Part shown: positions 12,990-23,582 of the stretch, one piece after another
How positions within the stretch are numbered: position 1 is the stretch's first letter
Layout: each line of letters starts with the position of its first letter
NCBI GenBank assembly: GCA_030141605.1
Contig: JAQGDQ010000584.1
Coordinates: 1 to 64,000, forward strand
Direction: 5' to 3'
DNA from: Tubiluchus corallicola
Taxonomy: Eukaryota; Animalia; Priapulida
DNA length: 64,000 nt
Notes under the pieces: generated by a model
Seen by the model: the letters and a program-made list of their open reading frames with translations, nothing else
Databases searched by the model: none
What the model was told of the DNA's origin: nothing
Made by a program: the position numbers and the translations under genes

Positions 12990-13228
12990 AGTTAAGTTGT
13001 TCAGAACTTATGTACATGATTTGCAGTTAAGTTGTTGAGCAATTAATTGCATGATTGGCAGTTCAATTGTTCAGCACTTATGTACATAATTCGCAATTAA
13101 GTTGTTCAGCACTTATGTACATGATTCGCAGTTAAGTTGTTCAGCACTTATGTACATGATTCGCAGTTAAGTTGTTTAGCACTTATGTACATGATTCGCA
13201 ACTAAGTTGTTCAGCACTTATGTACAAT
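12990..13228. repeat. 35-bp minisatellite (AGTTAAGTTGTTCAGCACTTATGTACATGATTCGC), about 7 units
   Basis: Period 35 (13101 to 13136). Confidence 0.93.
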
Positions 13229-13614
13229 ATTATTACTTGAACAATCCAACCTAAGTACGCGCAAATAAAATATAGCACGTGAAAAGAGCCACACGTGCGA
13301 AAAAGGCAATACGAAGCCTGGATTCGAACAATGACCCTTAAGATAACAAGCTAAGTGCCACCAGATCATAAGCTTTATATTAAACAGACAACACAAGCCT
13401 GCCACGAGGCTTCTATCGCCGATTGTAAATAAAAAGATACACCTACATAACCGAGATTATTATTATCCCACATTCAACCTAAATACCACGTGTCAGGCAG
13501 GGCAACAGCAGGTAGCCCGTCTGGTATAACCTGACCGCAGCATTGCATTTTGGCGATCTTCCAGACTGAAAGCAGAAGCATTATTGATTACACACTATGT
13601 GTCGCCTGGCCGCA

Positions 13615-13978
13615 TAGATAGATAAGCATGTATGCATCTTTGGGGGTATGTATGTATTGTATGTGTATGCATGTAGATAGGCAGGTAGGTAAGTAAGTAA
13701 CTGATGGGTAGGTGGGTAGGTAAGTAGGTAGGTAGGCAGGCAGGCAAGTAGGTAAACGAAAGATAGATAGATTGATAGACAGTAGAGAGAGAGAAGGCAG
13801 GAAGGAGAGAGAGAGAGAGAGAGAGAGAGAGGAAGAGAGAGAGAGGAAGAGGGAGAGAAAGAGAAAGAAGAAAGTAGGCAGACAGAAAAAGAGGGAGAGA
13901 GAGTGAGCGAGGAAGAGAGAGAGAGAGAAAGAAGAAAGGAGGCAGACATAAAAAGAGGGAAAGAGAGAAAGAGAGAGA
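13615..13978. repeat. Mixed (TAGA)/(GTAG)/(GA) microsatellite tract
   Basis: Seen directly. Confidence 0.9.
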
Positions 13979-14887
13979 TCATAAATTATTGGATCATGGC
14001 TTAAATCTGTGGGGCACACCGGAAATAGCTGTGGCGTCGGAGATTTTTAAGTGGGATTCACTGACGGAGTTTTAATGTTTTTCTTCGGCTCATGTAGTAA
14101 AGAACCAAGGATCTCCCAAAACCCGCGACAACTCTCCCCGTCCCAAGCGAATCAGAAACTACATGAGGCTCTAGGTTTTGTTTATGTTAGAGGAAGCTTC
14201 CAGAATATCAATAACACTCTGAAATCAGATTCTTCCCATGACGTCATCACACAACCAGGATCAGGAATAATAAATAAAGGCGGAAAAACCCGACTAGATC
14301 GTAAGTGTGTCCGTATATATTGGGGTACAGTTTCACGCGAAAAAAGGGCAATATTTTGCATAGAGCACAGAGCCGGAAGAAGATATCTACAGTTATACGT
14401 GGGCGTTAGGGAAACCAGTGTATCGTAAACGGCTTCAGCAGAATAACGTTAGTAGACAAAGTTCGTAACGTGATTAAGTCTACTAAGCGTTTTGCGAATT
14501 GATTGTACGTGTAATTGTATATTGAATTGTAACTTGAATTATTTTGAATTTTGGACCTGTTGAATTAAACACCTGTTATCGAGCGATTATACTTTTGTAT
14601 ATCTAATAGGATGATGTAAATTGATAACTGTCTCTGCACTTTCTGGACTTTGCATATTTTAATTTTTTGTATTAACTAATGAATTGCGCGTATTTTTGAA
14701 CTAACCATCTATGTAGTTACATTCTTGAACTAACCAGCTCGTGTATATGTACTGTGGAACTGCAGCACCCCCTATTTTCGATAATATTCAATATAATGAT
14801 GTCTTTTTCTTTAGTTCTTTCTTTATAGTTGTACGGAACTAGAGCACGTGAGGGTAGTACTGCTTGCTTCACAGTCCGGAACAGTCC

Positions 14888-15223
14888 GCTCCAGCAATGC
14901 GGTTTGTCTGTTCTCATATCTGAGCCCAGGTAGAGAAAGTACTGTTGCTCACACAGTTTGTTGTCAGTTTTCACGTGCTCACCGTGAATGAATCATGCTT
15001 GAACTGTGACGATTTAGACTATTAACAATCAAAAAATAGTACTTTTTGTTTAGGATTTCATCAAGCTTATGTGTAAACTTTCGCCTGTTTTTTCTTGTTT
15101 AAAATTGCAATTATAAAATCATTAAATTTTACACATGTTTGTTTCATTTTACACGGAACTAAAATAATGGCTAAAAAATTTCTGAAGCAGCACCCCCACT
15201 AATTTTAGCTACGAGCCGCCACT
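14888..15223 (+). mobile_element. Dispersed non-autonomous repeat, partner at 48165-48512
   Basis: Both copies run from ctccagcaatgcgg through tctgagcccaggtagagaaag to gccgccactg. Confidence 0.75.
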
Positions 15224-16203
15224 GTTAACCAGTTGTATGTGTATCTGTTCTCAACTAAAATGTATTTGTTACACAGTGGAAATACTCCGATCAGTAATAT
15301 TACTGCATGTTAATCCACTTAAAATAAATAAAGTTTATATATATTATGTAATTTTTAGAATGGTTGTGTACAGTATTACAGTATTTTGATGTTAAAGTTG
15401 AAAAAGGAATTACCTGCCCAGGATGCAATTTACATGTGAACTTGTGTCGTGATAATTTGATTCTAGTTAATTTAGCTAATATTTTGTCAAATAATTTTCT
15501 TTGGTCACTAAGCTAACTGGATTAAATAATTTAGGTAATTGATATGTTAGTTAAGCAAACAGATACTGAAAGTTGTAAAAAATATACGTAAATTCTGTTA
15601 AGTGTATAGTCTTGCAAATAGAGGGCGCATGTATGTATACATATATGCTCAAAATAAACAGTTATAATAATAATAATGTATTGATGAAGATAAAAAATGT
15701 CTTTTGCAGCAGAAAACTTTGCTGTTGTTTCTCCTTTGCGCTTGTCGAATGTCCAGCAAAATTTATCAAAAAAGATGCAGAATAAAATGTCTGAAAAGGA
15801 AGAAAAATCATGAGCCAGCAGTATAATTTACCTACCTACATTTGATTTTAAATTTTGCATTATTAGCAGAATGGTTGTGATAGCGGCATAATTATTTTTG
15901 TCACAGTAAAGTGGCGTTTATCTAGAATGCGGATGCGTTTTGGGGGATGTGAATAGATTAAATCGGTTTATTATTTTTCAATGACCCCGTTTATGCAGCT
16001 GCGTATACGTTATTCTTTTTCCGCAGATCTTCCGCATCTGTTCCGTGTAGAAAAACGCATCCGCATCTGGGCCGCACGGAGAAAACGCATCCGCGTCCGC
16101 ATGCTACATAAATGCCACTTAAGTCTGCAGTTCTAGATGATGAGTTTCTCAATAAAAACGCCATACCATGAAGTTTCATAGAATTTCTAGGTCTAACTCC
16201 GCT

Positions 16204-16638
16204 CTACTGGTCTTCAGGAGGCCAAATTATGAATGGTGGTCGAAGCGGTGGTGGATATATTATTTTGCGTTTTCCGTAACGAGAACGTCGACGGGAACGT
16301 CTTCCGTAACGAGAACGTCGGGGAGAACTTCCTCCATAATGATAACGTTGACGGGAAGGAGAGCGCCGACGGGAACGTCTTCCATAACGAGAACGTCGGC
16401 GAGAAGGAGAGCGCCGACGGGAACGTCTTCCATAACGAGAACGGGAACGTCTACTGGAACGTCGTCTCTCACTGCGAGAACGTGAGAGCGGAAAGCAAAG
16501 TTTGCAAAATTTTCACTAAATTGTTAATTAATTTAAGTGTCAGTTAAGTAATTCTTATAAATATCTTAGGCCTTAATCAACTGTAGTTTATTTGCGTTTT
16601 GGAGCTGTATAAACAACCCGTGTCTGCTTACCAGCCAT
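16204..16638 (-). pseudogene. Protamine-like Arg/Ser-rich gene, copy 1; acceptor mutated AG>GC, so a pseudogene or frame-switched
   Basis: Exon 1 is ATGGCTG (16638-16632) followed by |gtaagc. The homologous exon 2 (16487-16204) would give 96 aa: MAVSRSRSERRRSSRRSRSRYGRRSRRRSPSRRRSRYGRRSRRRSPSRQRYHYGGSSPRRSRYGRRSRRRSRYGKRKIIYPPPLRPPFIIWPPEDQ. The acceptor reads ttccGC instead of ttccAG (16489-16488). Confidence 0.7.
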
Positions 16639-16744
16639 GTCCTTGTTTTACTCGATAAAGGGAGAGAAATCCAGCACCACGTTTCTCAGCCGAGTATCAG
16701 AATCAACTCTTCGGCTTCAGTGATGCCTCGGAGCAAGATGAACC

Positions 16745-16770
16745 GTTTCCATGGCAACGATTATGCGTCA
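16745..16770. promoter_or_regulatory. RFX X-box (GTTTCCATGGCAAC) plus CRE half-site (TGCGTCA) upstream of copy 1
   Basis: Matches the X-box consensus GTNRCC(N0-3)RGYAAC-type palindrome, 107-132 bp upstream of the ATG; conserved in all three paralogs. Confidence 0.7.
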
Positions 16771-16802
16771 CCATACAATATGTGTCGTCATATGTCATAG
16801 CA

Positions 16803-18430
16803 AGCATCACAGGGTTTATTTGTTCCAGTTCCCAATCCAGGCCTAAATGCAAACATCACAGGGTTTATTTGTTCCCGTTTCCAATGAAGGCCTAAACGCG
16901 AACATCACAAAGTTTATTTGTTCTAGTTCACAATCGAAGCCTAAAAGCAAACATCACAGGGATTCATTTGTTCCAGTTCACAATCGAGGCTTTAAAGCAA
17001 ACATCACAGGGTTTATTTGTTCCAGTTCCCAATCCAGGCCTAAAAGCGAACATCACAGGGTTTATTTGTTCCCGTTTCCAATGGAAGCCTAAACGCGAAC
17101 ATCACAAAGTTTATTTGTTCCAGTTCACAATCGAAGCCTAAAAGCAAACATCACAGGGTTTATTTGTTCCAGTTCACAATTGAGGTCCAAAAGCGAACAT
17201 CACAGGGTTTATTTGTTCCAGTTCACAATCGAGGCCTAAAAGAGAACATCACAGGGTTTATTTGTTCCAGTTCACAATCGAGGCCTAAAAGAGAACATCA
17301 CAATGTTTATTTGTTCCAGTTCACAATCGAGGCCTAAAAGCGAACATCACAAAGTTTATTTGTTCCAGTTCACAATCGAGGCCTAAAAGCGAACATCACA
17401 GGTGTTATTTGTTCCAGTTCCCAATTGAGGCCTAAAAGCGAACTTCACAAAGTTTATTTGTTCCAGTTCACAATCGAGGCCTAAAAGCGAACAGCACAAG
17501 GTTTATTTGTTCCAGTTCACAATCGAGGCCTAAAAGCGAACATCACAGGGTTTATTTGTTCCAGTTCCCAATCGCAGTCTACAAGCGAACATCACAATGT
17601 TTATTTGTTCCATTTCCCAATCGAGGTCTAAAAGCGAACATCACAAAGTTTATTTGTTCCAGTTCCCAATCCAGGCCTAAAAGCGAACATCACAGGGTTT
17701 ATTTGTTCCCGTTTCCAATGGAAGCCTAAACGCGAACATCACAAAGTTTATTTGTTCCAGTTCACAATCGAAGCCTAAAAGCAAACATCACAGGGTTTAT
17801 TTGTTCCAGTTCACAATTGAGGTCCAAAAGCGAACATCACAGGGTTTATTTGTTCCAGTTCACAATCGAGGCCTAAAAGAGAACATCACAGGGTTTATTT
17901 GTTCCAGTTCACAATCGAGGCCTAAAAGAGAACATCACAATGTTTATTTGTTCCAGTTCACAATCGAGGCCTAAAAGCGAACATCACAAAGTTTATTTGT
18001 TCCAGTTCACAATCGAGGCCTAAAAGCGAACATCACAGGTGTTATTTGTTCCAGTTCCCAATTGAGGCCTAAAAGCGAACTTCACAAAGTTTATTTGTTC
18101 CAGTTCACAATCGAGGCCTAAAAGCGAACAGCACAAGGTTTATTTGTTCCAGTTCACAATCGAGGCCTAAAAGCGAACATCACAGGGTTTATTTGTTCCA
18201 GTTCCCAATCGCAGTCTACAAGCGAACATCACAATGTTTATTTGTTCCATTTCCCAATCGAGGTCTAAAAGCGAACATCACAAAGTTTATTTGTTCCAGT
18301 TCCCAATCCAGGCCTAAAAGCGAGCATCACAGGGTTTATTTGTTCCAGTTTCCAATGGAGGCCTAAACGCGAACATCACAAAGTTTATTTGTTCCAGTTC
18401 ACAATTGAGGCTTAAAAACGAACATCTTGG
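16803..18430. repeat. 49-bp satellite, about 33 units, with a 13-mer (637-bp) higher-order repeat
   Basis: Unit AACATCACAGGGTTTATTTGTTCCAGTTCACAATCGAGGCCTAAAAGCG. Diagnostic variant units recur at 17051, 17688 and 18325. Confidence 0.95.
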
Positions 18431-18628
18431 GGTCTATTTTTTCTAGATCTACTGAGAAACACATTAAAATAAATAGCCGTTCATCTTTTCAAAAGAGCAC
18501 CCGTATAACAGAACTAAAAACATTTCCTTGCAACTGAGAAAAAGCAGCGAAAGACCTACTGGTCACTTGGTCAGCTGCCCCCAACTGTTAGAAAGTCACA
18601 TTTATCTAATGAATTGTATGAGATTAAG

Positions 18629-18629
<1 letters not shown>

Positions 18630-18661
<32 letters not shown>
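18630..18661. repeat. (AT)n microsatellite
   Basis: Seen directly. Confidence 0.9.
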
Positions 18662-18664
<3 letters not shown>

Positions 18665-18689
18665 TAGACGTATATGTATATGTCTATGT

Positions 18690-19362
18690 ACATTGCGTCT
18701 TGTATGATTGCCTTTCTGTTAAGCTAGGTGCTGATCCCGCCTCACAATCGACGCCATAGTAATCCCTGCATTTGATCGAGTGCATGGATAATGGCTTGCA
18801 GCCTCCACATAGGGCGTGTAAGGCATGCTGATGTCCAATTCAGACTCGTATTACATTCATTAGATAGCTTTAATTTTCTGCATAAAATAAGTATGACGAC
18901 ACTGGTTGCAAAAATTATCACAACATTTATAATAATTACGATACAATTTCACAGATTTTTCACATAATCGCAATATAATAAAACCAGTACAATACAATAA
19001 GCCAAAACTTTATTAATTTTTTTTACCAAAGTTTAACAATTTCGTGCAAGTATGAAAGGTTGATTTTCCACTGTAGCTAAGCTCATCTGACGTTACAGTA
19101 AGGATGAAGATCGAAAACTTTTTGTGGCAGAAACATTTTCTCTTCTGCTTGCAAATTTGTCATTTCAATTTTGCTAGGGAGAATTTTCAATAATATTTCT
19201 GAGAAAGAAAAAAAATCATGTGTTAGTAAAGTGCTCTAAGTGCGATTTGAAATTTTGAATAACGGCATCATAACTGATGAGACGAAAAATAGGAAACAGC
19301 AAGCAATATACTGTTTTATCAAAGATGAATCAATTCTCGGCAGCAAAAAATTTTCCTTCAAA
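18690..19362. repeat. Segmental duplication of 22090-22770 (3' flanks of protamine-like copies 2 and 3)
   Basis: Colinear and highly similar from tttctgttaagctagg to ttccttcaaaac. Confidence 0.92.
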
Positions 19363-19731
19363 ACGCCAGGGTACCCCAAAACTATCAGGAGTGTCGATTG
19401 TGATCCATGGAGGTCGTGCAGGAGACCGTCTACCAGAACGTCTTCCATAACGAGAACGTCGACGGGAAGGAGAGCGCCGACGGGAACGTCTTCCATAACG
19501 AGAACGTCGACTCGAACGGGATCGTCTACGGGAACGTCGTCTCTCACTGCGAGAAATTCCAACTGGAAAGCAGAGTTTATTAAAATCACACGGATTTCTT
19601 AATTGATTTCAACATCAGTTTCCTAATTCTCCTTATTACTGAAGGCATTAATTGCCTTAATGAAGGTTTATACTCTTATCTGCTTTTTGCTTATCTGCTA
19701 TAACATGTCTGTGTGCTTACTTACCAGCCAT
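19330..19731 (-). CDS. Protamine-like Arg/Ser-rich protein, copy 2 (79 aa; join 19731-19725, 19562-19330)
   Basis: ATGGCTG|gtaagt, 162-nt intron, ctgctttccag|. Product MAVGISRSERRRSRRRSRSSRRSRYGRRSRRRSPSRRRSRYGRRSGRRSPARPPWITIDTPDSFGVPWRFEGKFFAAEN*. Confidence 0.78.
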
Positions 19732-19838
19732 GTTTTTCTTTGGTTGGTAAAAAGAGAAGAGTCCAACACCAACTTTTTCAGCCGAGCGTCAGACGGAGAA
19801 TCAACTCGTTTGTGTTAGTTCAAAAACAAACTTGAACA

Positions 19839-19864
19839 GTTTCCATGGCAACGATTGTACGTCA
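19839..19864. promoter_or_regulatory. RFX X-box plus CRE-like site (TACGTCA) upstream of copy 2
   Basis: GTTTCCATGGCAAC at 19839-19852, with the same spacing to the ATG as in copy 1 although the surrounding sequence has diverged. Confidence 0.7.
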
Positions 19865-20039
19865 TCAATGCAATTGCATCATCCTGCATACGTTTCAATA
19901 TTTGCAGGGATTTTGCATAATGGTTTTAACGGACCCAGTTTTAAAATCGCGGGAATTTCTAAGAAAATGTTAGAGGAAATGAAAAGTAAAATAAGTCAGT
20001 GTAAAATCAAATATTTATTTTATCGCGCTGCATTAAATT

Positions 20040-21925
20040 TAACAGAATTACCGAAATTTATCTGCATGTTATTAACACAAACAACTGAGAGTCTCATACA
20101 TACCTTCATAATGTACAAGCTTGATAATTGCAATAGTTAATTTTTGGACTCCCTGAATATGAAAATCGCAAACAACAACTAATTCAGAACTCTGTTGGTC
20201 AGACCTCAGAATTCAGTGCTCATTATAAAAACTATGATAACATTATACCTGTTCTAAGAGAGTTACAATGGTTGCCCATAAAGTTCCAAATTCAATTTAA
20301 AATTCCTTGTATCACCTACAAAATACTACATGGTTTGGCACCTGCATACTTTACTGATCTTTCAACATGCCGTAGCATACGGCAAACACTTCGTTTTAAT
20401 GCTAATGAACAAATTAATTTACATCAGCCAATTCCTAATACAGTATTGCTATGAATTTATTTTACAATAAGAAATTAAATGATAAGAATTTGGAATCAGA
20501 TTAATTACAACAGATTAGATCGTGACGAAGGTTATGCTGTTCGACCATAATGACTCACTCAGCTTGTACCTTGAATTTAATGTGTTAAGAATCAGAAGTT
20601 GATAGATTGCCGAGAATTGAGATATTAAATAAATTCGGTAGACCTGTAACGTAAATGAACTTTGAGAGTCAGGAAGTTTCATTAGTCCACATAGCTAGGA
20701 ATACGTTGGTACGAAGAAGAGCTAACTTCCGAATTAAATGGCCACTGGTCAAAGCTCTATTGTTCTAAGTCACACCAATAGTAGGTGACTGTCACTGTCC
20801 TATCGATAATTAGCCAAGAGCCTCAGGCTATATGCTATGGGCCCAAGGACAACAAATCGCTGTCCCCTCAGTATCAATGGGTACCATCAGAATCGATAGG
20901 AACCATCTTGGATGATCAGCCAAGTGAGCTCTTAACGTGTCACTGGCGAATGTCATGCCAAGTGACCTTCGATTCAAAAAGCCAGTGCAGAGAGCTTTGG
21001 GGGGGGGGGGTTGTTGACGTTTTGGGTGGCGAGACGAGAGGCGCTGCCGATAGCTGCGAGGTCTTCCAGAGAGACGTTCTTGGAGAAGAGACATTTTCTA
21101 TAGCTCAGCGTGGAGAAAAATTCTGCGTCGTTTGTTTATCAAACCTCTGGTGCCTAGAGTCTCGATTAGGAGTGTGGACCTGGCCAATTACCGTTGTTAG
21201 ATGGGCCAGGCCACAAGTTAAGTAACTTTACCATTATATTAGTTACGGTAACGGATCAACTTATTTGTAATAACTTGTATTTCGTGTGCAAGTGTTTGAG
21301 CATAACAGTTTAATACTTGAATATTAATCGGTATATTATTTGCAATATACCTCGTCTAGTTGTAAGCGCCCACAAGCACACAAGTTAAATAGTTGTAAAA
21401 GTATCAAATCGTAGATTGGTTTAATGTTTGGCAATTGTTTAATAAAAGTTATCATCACTGTTAATGCTTGTTGAATTGCTTTGCTGAGTTAGAAGTAATT
21501 GTAGTACATTCTCGTCAAAGACGCTATCTGCTTTTACGAACCTGGAGTATTCACATTTAAAAGGCTTATTACGGAAGCCAGCTTGATCACTCGAGAGATA
21601 AAGATCTATCTCACAACGCATATTTTCGGTTCGAGATTGTGTGGGAAATCATCATCGCCCTATCGATCAAACCTAAACTCTCGGAGTCGGACAATTGATC
21701 AATTACAAATTGATTGTCTTTAAGCGTGTGAATGAATGAATCAAATAATTAAATAAGCCGTTTGTATAAAAGCGCAGCGATAGTATTCTATGATGAAGAG
21801 GCTTTTTCTCTCTGTGCTTCGAATCTCTGGAATAACTTACCTGTTGCTACATCTTCTACAAATTCATTAGATTGTTTTAAACAACGTCTTAAAACAGATT
21901 TGTTTAAATTGTACTTTTTATGATA
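20040..21925 (+). mobile_element. Decayed L2/CR1-clade LINE 3' end, split by a 1.33-kb insertion
   Basis: Broken frames read ...IIPVLRELQWLPIKFQIQFKIPCITYKILHGLAPAY...PNTVF|YDEEAFSLCASNLWNNLP...FKQRLKTDLF, typical of the L2 ORF2 C-terminus. The halves are 20040-20447 and 21788-21925. Confidence 0.85.
20448..21781. mobile_element. Unclassified insertion (solo-LTR-like) with AGTATT target-site duplication (TSD)
   Basis: agtatt at 20442-20447 and 21782-21787; removing the insert restores the L2 reading frame. Confidence 0.7.
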
Positions 21926-22990
21926 AATTATCTTTTAATTTTTATTGTTTTTTAATTTTTAATGTCTTTTAAATTTTATGTGTCTGATAAATTTTAAATG
22001 TATTTCATTGCTCAGTATGCTGAGATTTTAAATGATGTTTTGGACTATATAAAGAGATTCTGCATTGTACACTGTTACTTACAAGTATGTATATTGCATC
22101 TTGTATTATTGCTTTTCTGTTAAGCTAGGTACTGATCCCGCCTCACAACCGACGCCATAGTAATCCCTGAATGTGGTCGAGTGCACGGATAATGGCTTGC
22201 AGCCTCCACATAGGGCGTGTAAGGCATGCTGATGTCCAATTCAGACTCGTATTACATTCATTAAATGGCTTTAATTTTCTGCATAAAATACCATGACGAC
22301 ACTGGTTGCAAAAATTATCACAACATTTATAATAATTACGATACAATTTCACAGATTTTTCACATAATCGCAATATAATAAAACCAAAAAAAAATGCTTT
22401 AAGCCAAAACTTTATTAATTTTTTTTAACAAAGTTTAACAATTTCATGAAAGTATGAAAGGCTGATTTTTCACTGAAGCTAAGCTCATCTGACGTTACAG
22501 TAACGATGAAGATCGAAAACTTTTTTGTGACAGAAACTTTTTCCCTTCTGCTTGTATATTTGTCATTTCAATTTTGCTAGGGAGAATTTTCAATAATATT
22601 TCTGAAAAAGAAAAAAATCATGTGTTAGTAAAATGCTCTTCTAAGTGCGATTTAAAATTTTGAATAATGGCATCATAATTGATGAGACGAAAAATATGAA
22701 ACAGAAAGCAATATATTGTTTTATCAAAGATAAATCAATTCTCGCCAGCAAGAAACTTTCCTTCAAAACAAATTTACGACTTCTCAGTGCATTTGTAACC
22801 AGTATCTTCATGTGCAATAGTAAAATGTGGTGTTTGATTGTAACTCCGGAAATGCTAATAAATTACGATACAATTTCATACATCATTGTAATTCAAAATA
22901 AATAACCTGCAATTCCAATTCATCATATATTCTCAGTAAGGATGTCATACCGTGAAGTTTTGCAGAGCTTGTATTTCGGCAGAGATGGAC

Positions 22991-23447
22991 CTAGCCCCGT
23001 CGTTGCCCTTTAGGCCTAGGTCGTTGTCCTCCAGGCTTAGGTCGTGGCCTTGGAGGCCGAGGTCGTTGCCCTGGGGGCCTAGGTCGTTGCCCTCCAGGCT
23101 TAGGTCGTGGCCATATATAAGGCGCAGGTGGTGGCCTTGGAGGCCGAGGTCGTTGCCCTGGGGGCCGAGGTCGTTGCCCTGGTTTTGTTATTATTTGAGA
23201 GCGCCGACGGGAACGTCTTCCATAACGAGAACGTCGGCGAGAACGGGAACGGGAACGTCTACTGGAACGTCGTCTCTCACTGCGAGAACGTGAGACTGGA
23301 AAGCAAAGTTCATAATAATTTACACTAAATTGCTAATTAATTTAAGTGTCAGTTAAGTAATTCTTATAAATATTGTAGGCCTTAATCAACTGTAGTTTAT
23401 TTGCGTTTTGGAGCTGTATAAATAACCCGTGTCTGCTTACCAGCCAT
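22991..23447 (-). CDS. Protamine-like Arg/Ser-rich protein with Pro/Arg repeat tail, copy 3 (103 aa; join 23447-23441, 23295-22991)
   Basis: ATGGCTG|gtaagc, 145-nt intron, ttgctttccag|. Product MAVSRSRSERRRSSRRSRSRSRRRSRYGRRSRRRSQIITKPGQRPRPPGQRPRPPRPPPAPYIWPRPKPGGQRPRPPGQRPRPPRPRPKPGGQRPRPKGQRRG* (about one third Arg). Confidence 0.8.
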
Positions 23448-23555
23448 GTCCTTGTTTTACTCGATAAAGGGAGAGAAGTCCAGCACCACGTTTCTCAGCC
23501 GAGTATCAGAATCAACTCCTTCGGGCTTCGGTGATGCCTCAGAGCGAGATGAACC

Positions 23556-23582
23556 GTTTCCATGGGGAACGATTGTGCGTCA
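23556..23582. promoter_or_regulatory. Variant X-box (GTTTCCATGGGGAAC) plus TGCGTCA upstream of copy 3
   Basis: Homologous position to the copy 1 and copy 2 elements. Confidence 0.6.

Noticed and set aside
13310-13370. tRNA gene (GTTCGAATCC B-box on the minus strand; similar at about 49730 and 3390)
   Set aside because: No cloverleaf; at most decayed tRNA-SINE heads.
14008-14721. Solo LTR (TGT...ACA, internal AATAAA)
   Set aside because: No matching target-site duplication found; cannot be supported from this window.
16803-18430. CRISPR-like array (also considered for 38979-39400 and 53812-54570)
   Set aside because: No unique spacers, units are contiguous, the context is eukaryotic, and there are no cas genes.
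19270-19292. Hammerhead ribozyme core CTGATGA-gac-GAAA
   Set aside because: No room for stem II, no flanking stems found, and the paralogous site near 22680 reads TTGATGA.
16168-23328. + strand ORFs RAPTGTSSITRT... and ENVDGNVFHN... (16168, 16233, 19240, 22952, 23107)
   Set aside because: Antisense shadows of the CGT/TCC-rich minus-strand exons. The conserved ATG, splice sites and promoter motifs all point to the minus strand.
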